The notes under the pieces were generated by a model. The model saw only the letters and a list, made by a program, of their open reading frames with translations, did not search any database and was not told the DNA's origin. A stretch of 64,000 nt of DNA, from the NCBI GenBank assembly GCA_039621445.1, contig CP154954.1, positions 26,548,954 to 26,612,953 of the forward strand, in the 5' to 3' direction. This document shows positions 54,701 through 64,000 of the stretch, in pieces (the stretch's first letter is position 1; every line of letters begins with the position of its first letter). The DNA comes from Euglena gracilis. Lineage: Eukaryota. A program made the position numbers and the translations under genes.

Positions 54701-57678
54701 CGGCCCCAGGTGGCCCGCCCTCAGGTACAGGCGCAGGCTGGCCCCGGCCCCCGAGATGTGAGATGGGGGGGGGGGCAAACCCACCGCCATCAAACGGCTG
54801 GCGGGCACGGGTGGGGGGGGGGGGGGGCAGCGCGGTGCGGCAGCGGAGGAACGAGACGCCGGGCTTCTTTTTGAGCACTCCCAGCGGGTGGTCGACCCAC
54901 GCCAACTCACAGGTTGGCCAGAAACGAAGGCCTGAAAACTTCCCATCCTGAAGATATGAACCGCCCTGAGTTTGTCCGTTTTCCGGGGGGACAGGAAGGC
55001 CTGAAAGGGGGAGGGGGTCTGCCCCCAGGAGGTGAAGGAGCCCCCACTAACCAGTTGGCACTACAACCACCCCAACCAATTTGCAAGACAAAGTTCATTC
55101 GGCACCGCAGGTATTTTGGTGTGGGGGGGAGGGGTTGTCTGCCCTGAAGGGGATGGATGGGGGGAGGGAAGGGGGGACCCCCTCCCACCCATTGGGATTC
55201 AGGATCCAGGATTCCCATTCAGCCCTGGGGGCAGGGAATTTCTTAAGGACCCCCCCGGGGGGGGGGGGACCAGCCCCCGGCTGGCAAAAAGGCTGCTGGC
55301 TGGATTTGAGCTGCTGGCTGGACCCCCCCCCCCCCCCCGGGGGGGTGGGGGGGGTCCGGGGCTGGAGCGGGCTGGGCTGGGCTGGGTCGAGGAAAAACAA
55401 ACACATTTTTCTAACACATTTTGGCCATTTTCGACATTTTGATGGGTGGAGGTAGATCAAGGCTGGGGGGCTGTGATGGAGGGGCTGTGATGAGGGGGAA
55501 AAATGCAGGGATAAGTGAGCTGGACAGCCCAGTTGGCTGGCCGGCCTGCGGCCGGCTGGGCCGGCCTCTGGCCGGGCTGGACCCGACTTTATTTCACTCG
55601 ACCCCCGGGGGGGGGGGCTCCCAGCCCGAATTTGGGCTGCTGGCTGGATTTGAGCTGCTGGCTGGCTGGACCCCCCCCCCGGGGGGTAGGGTACCCTCCG
55701 GCTTAAGAAATTCCCTGCCTGGGGGGCGGGGGGCTGTGGGAGGTGGGGGGGGGGCGGTCACATGGAAAAGTTAATGCCATACAGCAGCATGGTGTGTGAG
55801 GTGTGGCTCTTGTGTCCCAAAGCAGACAGGTAGCATGTCAGCCGCCGCTCTTCTGGAAGGTCACCGCGGGGGCCGACCGGAGAGGGCGGGGCCGGCGCCA
55901 AGCGCAGCCAGCGCGGTCGCCCCGCGGCGCCCCATGTAGCTGTCCTGGGTGTCGACCGGCCCCACGCCCCGGGGAAAACCCGCAACCACCCACCAATTAG
56001 AGGGGTAAAACCCTCTAATTGAAGCGCAGGGCTGTGACAAGCGCAGGGTCCAAATAAAAGCGCACCCTCCCCCGCCGCCAAAGGCGGCGGTCCGCTACAA
56101 GCGCACCCCCATTTTTCGATGGGATATCTAAAGGAAATCAAAAAAAAATCGCGCAGGTGGGGTCCAAATAGAAGCGCACCCGCCGCCAGAGGCAGCGTTC
56201 CGCTATAAGTGCACCCGTGCTTCTATTACGGGGGGTTAGTGGCTGGCTCCCTACGGATGGGTGGCAGACGGGTGTGGGCAGCAGTGTTCTCTGGAGGGAT
56301 GTGTTCTGGGGGGTGGGGGGAGGGAAGGCATGCTGCCCACCCGCCAGCCTTTCCAGGAAACTCATTCAGCCCTTGATGGGAGGAGTAGGTTTGCTGCACT
56401 TGTTCGGCCCCGGGGTCAAGGTTCCAAGCCAAAGTTGGTGGCTGGGGGGGGGGGGTAAGTGCCCGACTTGATCAGGGTGGAACTGGGGGAGGACACGGGG
56501 GGAAAGCTGCTTTCGCAGAATGGTCCAGAGCCAACCAGTCAAATGGGAGGTGGCAGCCACTGGTTTCTTGTACCAGATCAACAAAGCAAAGAAAATGAGT
56601 GAATGAAATGAGTGAATAATATGAGTGAACAATCATACATCAATCGAGGAAACCAATCGGCAGCACGCCACCCCACGGAGAGCGGGGGGCGGCGAGGGTC
56701 AGGCGCGCCAGCTGGGCGATGGGGCGGAGGGGGGCCATCGCAAAGGCGTCGGTGCAGCAGCAGTTCTCGAGGGACAGGCGGAGGGCCTCGCAGCCGGCGA
56801 GGGAGGCCAGGGCTGCCAGGGCGGCCACGCCGTCGTCCTTCAGGCGCGCGCAGTGGAGCGCCAGGGTTGGGAGGAGGGCCGGGGCCCCGAGGGGACGGGA
56901 GGGCTCGGGGTGAGGGTAGGGGGTCCGACCTCCCCGTCAAGGGTGTCAAGGGGGGGGACACCCCAGCCAAGGTGGAACAGTGCTTGCTGGGTTTGTGGCG
57001 CAATTCTCTATTTGATGGCAGAAATTGGGGACTCTGTTTAACAATTATGCAAAAGAACCGTGCAGGTGAGACAACAATTGAAAAAAAAACCGACAGTCAC
57101 CAAAGCCCTCGCCTTGATTGTTTTGTCCCCCTCAATCGCCGACGCGAGGGGACTGCTGGACACTTTGGTGGGGTCCAGGCGGCGCTTGCATTTGGGACCA
57201 ACGTTCGCCTGATAGGAAGCAACTGCCAAGATGGAGAGGGCAACGCCGGGCCATGGGCCCTGCGTTGGCCCTGGCAACGTGGATGGTGGACTGGACCAGG
57301 TAAGGGGCGACCTCCCCGCCAGAGATTTTTCTGAGTTTGGTGACCCGGGGGAGGGGTCCGAATGGTCCCCCCAGGGGACGGTAACTGCCAAAATGACCCC
57401 CCCCCAAGGGTGGGTTCCCCGAGGCCCCCCCCCTGACCCCCCCCCCCGGGAGATGGGACGAACCGCTGTGGGTCGCCCAAAAGAAAAGGCCCTCTTCTCC
57501 CACCCCCAGCCCGGGCCAGCAGCCCCGGCAGCAGTGCCGCGGTGGCCGGGGTGACCCGGTACGCCGCGTGCCGCCGGCCCACGCTGCCGCGCACGGCGCG
57601 GCACACCTGCCCGAGGGGGCCGGGGCCCACAAAGTCGCTGACCAGGCACCAGAGGTCCCCCGGCAGGGCGGCCGCCAT
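40927..57678 (-). CDS. F-box-like + leucine-rich-repeat (RNI-like) protein, at least 427 aa, 12 exons, mostly non-canonical structured introns
   Basis: Exons: 57678-57514, 56897-56694, 55953-55879, 54739-54638, 53976-53797, 53201-53133, 44667-44566, 44040-44013, 43609-43585, 42727-42617, 41990-41874, 41029-40927. Joins are in frame and rebuild LRR units across junctions (LELDV|HDNQLG, LDLAS|NGIGD, SLTL|NLWGNDVG, LDLGH|NRMEG, LALYL|GYNFV). The N-terminus LPGDLWCLVSDFV...LGQVCR is F-box-like. The intron 1 acceptor and the 3' end (a further intron at 40926, or read-through to TGA near 40873) are uncertain. Confidence 0.85.
42789..43245. mobile_element. Probable hAT-type MITE in intron 9; related copies at about 4970-5080 and 58220-58710
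   Basis: TIR CAGGGGGG..TATGCAA / TTGCATATCCCCCCCTG with a degenerate flanking duplication; shared CACTTTTCCACTGGAGAGGACT-like core. Confidence 0.55.
50517..50872. mobile_element. TA-flanked MITE; a related degenerate copy lies at about 40298-40627
   Basis: TA|CCTCCCCCCCCCTTGTC ... GACAAGGGGGGGGGGGAGG|TA; the internal sequence is similar to 40320-40627. Confidence 0.8.
50942..51341. mobile_element. TA-flanked MITE with AATAAGACCC repeats
   Basis: TA|AACCCCCCAAAATAAGACC ... GGTCTTATTTGGGGGGGGGGGC|TA. Confidence 0.6.
51600..52200 (+). pseudogene. Degenerate tyrosine recombinase of DIRS type
   Basis: Two overlapping frames give KYEAFWDPL, LYRSSDMA (Arg box), IKCKGQK, ISADTVASITK and WGHSTRGA (HxxR box). 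The C-terminal catalytic Tyr region is not seen. Confidence 0.7.
53338..53528. mobile_element. TA-flanked MITE, 191 bp, in intron 5
   Basis: TA|CCTCCCCCCTCCGTCCAACGACC ... GGTCGTTGGGCAAGGGGGGGGGGAGG|TA; short version of the 5716/21449 family. Confidence 0.8.
54290..54535. repeat. Compound microsatellite (CATC)n/(CGTC)n/(CACC)n/(CAGA)n/(CAGG)n in intron 4
   Basis: Read directly from the sequence. Confidence 0.95.
55232..55717. mobile_element. hAT-type MITE, 486 bp, in intron 3
   Basis: TIR CAGGGAATTTCTTAAG / CTTAAGAAATTCCCTG with perfect 8-bp TSD CCTGGGGG. Confidence 0.92.
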
Positions 57679-57685
57679 TGGGAGG

Positions 57686-57720
57686 CTGAACGGCGGGGGA
57701 ATGGGACGGGGCCCGTGGGG
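57686..57720 (-). promoter_or_regulatory. Candidate splice acceptor (possibly spliced-leader trans-splice site) just upstream of the LRR ATG
   Basis: A C-rich tract ends in TTCAG|CCTCCCAATG. Confidence 0.4.
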
Positions 57721-59147
57721 GGGGGGGGGGGGCAGGGCAGAACGGGAAGGTCTGGTGGGGGGGGGGGGGGGGGGGGCCCCTCCCCATCCACCACAGCATT
57801 TTTTCACAGATTTCCATCCGGCGCCGAAGGAGCCGGGCAAAAATTTTGGGGTAGACAATTGGTGCTCCTGGAAATAGGGGAGGAGGTAGTGGGGGGGGGG
57901 GGGGTCGACCCCCCAGAATTAGCAGGATGAGTCCGAATCCTGGCACCTGGCGCCGGAAGAAGCGTTCGCTTTCTTGAAAATTAAGGGAAAGAATTCAGAA
58001 GATCCGCCATCGTCGAGGGGAAGTCACAAAAAAACATGCAGTAAAGGACTTAGTAAAAATATTTTTAGGGCCAAATCTTCGCTGGAAAAAAACCTGGACG
58101 ACGAACGGCACCCCCCCCCCCGGACTCCTTTTGAATACCTGCTGAATGGTAATGTGAGGTCACAATTCAAGGTGCCCCTTCTACCCCCCACACATTCTTT
58201 GGGAACACTTTGGGAATATGGGGGGAATATGCAACAAGGCTTCCTCAAAATATGCAATGCAAAAAAAATGCAAAAAAAAAGTGCAAAGAAATGCAAAAAA
58301 AATGCAGTATGTGTATAAATTCCTTTAGGAGCTCTCCGGGGATGTACACTTTTCCACTGGAGAGGACTTAGAAGAATTCCAATTGCTCCAAAAATACAAC
58401 ATTAAAGGAAAATGTGATGCAAACTTGTGAAATGATATGGTTGATTCACCCAGTTGCATCCACTTGTGTTTCATCATGCAGCCACTGCTTAAGTGAAATT
58501 GGTCCAAAAACAGAAAATAAGCAACCTCCAGTCGTCTGCTAGTGGAGCAAATTGTTTGTGTAAATATAAACAATGAACAACATTAGAAAAGGAAAATATG
58601 CAAAAAAATGCAAATATGCGACTTTCACAAAATTTTCATTAAGCAAAAAAAATATCCAAAAGTGTCCAAATTTTCAAGATTTTTGATTATGCGAAAAATT
58701 GCAAATCATCCAGGTTGCATAATCTGTCGGGAATCCAACAAAAAAAAAATCTTGTTATGCAGTGTTTTTTGAAGGCCCACAGAAGACACATTCGAAGAGG
58801 AGTTGTGAATCCAGAGCAACAAACATGTGCGGTGAAAGATGCACAGGCAAGTCGAAACAGCGGATCGGAGCAGCAGTTGTTTGAGTCTCATGCTGATACC
58901 TCCTGGGATGGAAAAGGATGACCTTTGAGACGGCCCTAAAGGAGAACACATCTGGGTAATAGAGCAGCTTTTAATAAAGCAGTAATAGAGCAGACGTTTG
59001 GAAACTTCAGGGGTCCGCCCCACCCAGGTCGCGTGGGACCACAGCAGGGGGGAGGGGTCGCAAGGGGAAATAAAAGTGGACGGTATATGCACACAGAAAG
59101 ACAGACAGACAGACATATATATACCTATTATTTTTATTTATATTTGT

Positions 59148-60190
<1,043 letters not shown>

Positions 60191-63100
60191 TTTGGATAAC
60201 AACCATACCCGGTGGCCTCCCCGCACCACCGGGATGGTGCCGGTCCGTCCGGAGCCCCCCTGTCCTGTTTAATAGTAACCGGACGGCAGGGTCGGGGGGC
60301 GCATAACCGGCTGGTGGGTGCCTCCTTCACCACTGCCTCAGGGACGGCAAATCCCTGGGCACACCAAAGGTTCAGCCCAGTGGCCCCGTGTCTTTGGGTC
60401 ACTCCGCCTGGCACTGAAACAGGTTCAGCAGGTTTTCAGGGTGCCTCCCGTCGCGGGCCCTTACTCACCACAAGGCCAGGCAGAGCCCCACACCGCCAGG
60501 TCACAGCATCCCCTTGGCATGCTAACAGCGGTTACTCTAGTCCCAGGCACCCGAGACCTGAAACAGCACAGGGGAGGAGCCTCCCTTCCTTTGCCCTGTC
60601 CATTCCAGGTCCCCTTCCACGCTGAGAGGGACGACGACTCATGTCCCACGAACAGCGCGGGCTTCTACGCGCGAGAGGGCCTGCTCTCCCCGTGGACTCA
60701 CGCGCAGGGGCCCGTGCAGCAAGGCGTCTACACATGCCAGGGGCTGCACGGGGAGGAAACGGAGGGGCCTGCTCAAGCCGTAGGTCCGTTCCTCGAAGTA
60801 TACACCATAAGGTGGCCACACAGACAAGGGGCCGGGCCTTAGGCAATGTATTTGGATAACAACCATACCCGGTGGCCTCCCCGCACCACCGGGATGGTGC
60901 CGGTCCGTCCGGAGCCCCCCTGTCCTGTTTAATAGTAACCGGACGGCAGGGTCGGGGGGCGCATAACCGGCTGGTGGGTGCCTCCTTCACCACTGACTCA
61001 GGGACGGCAAATCCCTGGGCACACCAAAGGTTCAGCCCAGTGGCCCCGTGTCTTTGGGTCACTCCGCCTGGCACTGAAACAGGTTCAGCAGGTTTTCAGG
61101 GTGCCTCCCGTCGCGGGCCCTTACTCACCACAAGGCCAGGCAGAGCCCCACACCGCCAGGTCACAGCATCCCCTTGGCATGCTAACAGCGGTTACTCTAG
61201 TCCCAGGCACCCGAGACCTGAAACAGCACAGGGGAGGAGCCTCCCTTCCTTTGCCCTGTCCATTCCAGGTCCCCTTCCACGCTGAGAGGGACGACGACTC
61301 ATGTCCCACGAACAGCGCGGGCTTCTACGCGCGAGAGGGCCTGCTCTCCCCGTGGACTCACGCGCAGGGGCCCGTGCAGCAAGGCGTCTACACATGCCAG
61401 GGGCTGCACGGGGAGGAAACGGAGGGGCCTGCTCAAGCCGTAGGTCCGTTCCTCGAAGTATACACCATAAGGTGGCCACACAGACAAGGGGCCGGGCCTT
61501 AGGCAATGTATTTGGATAACAACCATACCCGGTGGCCTCCCCGCACCACCGGGATGGTGCCGGTCCGTCCGGAGCCCCCCTGTCCTGTTTAATAGTAACC
61601 GGACGGCAGGGTCGGGGGGCGCATAACCGGCTGGTGGGTGCCTCCTTCACCACTGACTCAGGGACGGCAAATCCCTGGGCACACCAAAGGTTCAGCCCAG
61701 TGGCCCCGTGTCTTTGGGTCACTCCGCCTGGCACTGAAACAGGTTCAGCAGGTTTTCAGGGTGCCTCCCGTCGCGGGCCCTTACTCACCACAAGGCCAGG
61801 CAGAGCCCCACACCGCCAGGTCACAGCATCCCCTTGGCATGCTAACAGCGGTTACTCTAGTCCCAGGCACCCGAGACCTGAAACAGCACAGGGGAGGAGC
61901 CTCCCTTCCTTTGCCCTGTCCATTCCAGGTCCCCTTCCACGCTGAGAGGGACGACGACTCATGTCCCACGAACAGCGCGGGCTTCTACGCGCGAGAGGGC
62001 CTGCTCTCCCCGTGGACTCACGCGCAGGGGCCCGTGCAGCAAGGCGTCTACACATGCCAGGGGCTGCACGGGGAGGAAACGGAGGGGCCTGCTCAAGCCG
62101 TAGGTCCGTTCCTCGAAGTATACACCATAAGGTGGCCACACAGACAAGGGGCCGGGCCTTAGGCAATGTATTTGGATAACAACCATACCCGGTGGCCTCC
62201 CCGCACCACCGGGATGGTGCCGGTCCGTCCGGAGCCCCCCTGTCCTGTTTAATAGTAACCGGACGGCAGGGTCGGGGGGCGCATAACCGGCTGGTGGGTG
62301 CCTCCTTCACCACTGACTCAGGGACGGCAAATCCCTGGGCACACCAAAGGTTCAGCCCAGTGGCCCCGTGTCTTTGGGTCACTCCGCCTGGCACTGAAAC
62401 AGGTTCAGCAGGTTTTCAGGGTGCCTCCCGTCGCGGGCCCTTACTCACCACAAGGCCAGGCAGAGCCCCACACCGCCAGGTCACAGCATCCCCTTGGCAT
62501 GCTAACAGCGGTTACTCTAGTCCCAGGCACCCGAGACCTGAAACAGCACAGGGGAGGAGCCTCCCTTCCTTTGCCCTGTCCATTCCAGGTCCCCTTCCAC
62601 GCTGAGAGGGACGACGACTCATGTCCCACGAACAGCGCGGGCTTCTACGCGCGAGAGGGCCTGCTCTCCCCGTGGACTCACGCGCAGGGGCCCGTGCAGC
62701 AAGGCGTCTACACATGCCAGGGGCTGCACGGGGAGGAAACGGAGGGGCCTGCTCAAGCCGTAGGTCCGTTCCTCGAAGTATACACCATAAGGTGGCCACA
62801 CAGACAAGGGGCCGGGCCTTAGGCAATGTATTTGGATAACAACCATACCCGGTGGCCTCCCCGCACCACCGGGATGGTGCCGGTCCGTCCGGAGCCCCCC
62901 TGTCCTGTTTAATAGTAACCGGACGGCAGGGTCGGGGGGCGCATAACCGGCTGGTGGGTGCCTCCTTCACCACTGACTCAGGGACGGCAAATCCCTGGGC
63001 ACACCAAAGGTTCAGCCCAGTGGCCCCGTGTCTTTGGGTCACTCCGCCTGGCACTGAAACAGGTTCAGCAGGTTTTCAGGGTGCCTCCCGTCGCGGGCCC

Positions 63101-63738
63101 TTACTCACCACAAGGCCAGGCAGAGCCCCACACCGCCAGGTCACAGCATCCCCTTGGCATGCTAACAGCGGTTACTCTAGTCCCAGGCACCCGAGACCTG
63201 AAACAGCACAGGGGAGGAGCCTCCCTTCCTTTGCCCTGTCCATTCCAGGTCCCCTTCCACGCTGAGAGGGACGACGACTCATGTCCCACGAACAGCGCGG
63301 GCTTCTACGCGCGAGAGGGCCTGCTCTCCCCGTGGACTCACGCGCAGGGGCCCGTGCAGCAAGGCGTCTACACATGCCAGGGGCTGCACGGGGAGGAAAC
63401 GGAGGGGCCTGCTCAAGCCGTAGGTCCGTTCCTCGAAGTATACACCATAAGGTGGCCACACAGACAAGGGGCCGGGCCTTAGGCAATGTATTTGGATAAC
63501 AACCATACCCGGTGGCCTCCCCGCACCACCGGGATGGTGCCGGTCCGTCCGGAGCCCCCCTGTCCTGTTTAATAGTAACCGGACGGCAGGGTCGGGGGGC
63601 GCATAACCGGCTGGTGGGTGCCTCCTTCACCACTGACTCAGGGACGGCAAATCCCTGGGCACACCAAAGGTTCAGCCCAGTGGCCCCGTGTCTTTGGGTC
63701 ACTCCGCCTGGCACTGAAACAGGTTCAGCAGGTTTTCA
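60191..63738 (+). repeat. Head-to-tail array of a 660-bp non-coding, highly structured unit (5 full copies + 248 bp); candidate rolling-circle insertion
   Basis: Units start at 60191, 60851, 61511, 62171, 62831 and 63491. The only difference I saw is C vs A at 60336. Flanked on both sides by (TATG)n. The strand is assigned from the G.U bias of the helices. Confidence 0.95.
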
Positions 63739-63856
63739 TATGTATGTATGTATGTATGTGTGTATGTATGTATGTATGTATGTATGTATGTATGTATGTA
63801 TGTATGTATGTATGTATGTATGTATGTATGTATGTATGTATGTATGTATGTATATG
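63739..63856. repeat. (TATG)n microsatellite, right flank of the 660-bp array
   Basis: Read directly from the sequence. Confidence 0.95.
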
Positions 63857-64000
63857 CCCGGAATGGCTCAACAACAAAAAAAAATGCTTTCATCCATTGC
63901 CAGCGAGATTTTGGGCAGCATTATTATTGTTTTGTGAAAACCTCATGAATTATAAAATGCTGTTCAACCCTGGCCCACCAAGAATGCTCTTAAATGTAAC

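Noticed and set aside
60917-60930. Hairpin-ribozyme substrate-like GTCCTGTTT
   Set aside because: The partner strand reads AAACAG-CACA-GGGG rather than AGAA, and no loop B sequences were found.
60841-60971. The organism's true telomerase RNA
   Set aside because: No template for a TTAGGG-type repeat is present; only the architecture is reminiscent.
61094-61128. Minus-strand hammerhead-like GUGAGUA-stem-GAAA
   Set aside because: The core deviates from CUGANGA, and stems I and III cannot be formed convincingly.
60212-63714. Protein-coding ORFs (137, 174, 180 aa) or an endless ORF in the 660-bp unit
   Set aside because: These ORFs have GTG starts and no recognisable motifs, and they end at stops that recur in every unit even though 660 is divisible by 3.
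60191-63738. 5S rRNA / spliced-leader RNA tandem gene array, or snRNA/snoRNA cluster
   Set aside because: The unit length is similar to such arrays, but I could not find 5S, spliced-leader, U-snRNA or C/D-box signatures on either strand. An Rfam search is still advisable.

Overview
Eukaryotic, repeat-dense DNA, most likely from a euglenid (inferred from the intron type, not from a database match). It contains two minus-strand genes: a partial RRM-protein gene with ordinary GT-AG introns (1330-3524), and an F-box-like/LRR gene (about 40.9-57.7 kb) that I rebuilt by hand into 12 in-frame exons. The LRR introns are mostly non-GT-AG and are closed by a terminal helix, almost always pairing intron position +4 with -6. 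Between the genes lies about 34 kb of a 22-bp satellite with repeated orientation flips, an internal segmental duplication, a decayed hAT transposon and several MITEs. Two observations stand out. (1) hAT-type elements here have CAG...CTG ends and 8-bp target duplications, and the +4/-6 intron geometry (3+5 = 8 nt) would remove exactly one duplication, linking these elements to the non-canonical introns. (2) At 60191-63738 a non-coding, extensively self-complementary 660-bp unit is repeated 5.4 times almost identically inside a (TATG)n microsatellite. The unit carries ATGTAT, in phase with the microsatellite, at the array's left junction, which suggests a rolling-circle product of a structured circular RNA or ssDNA element that targets or makes the microsatellite. 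All pairing was assessed by eye; no folding or searches were run.
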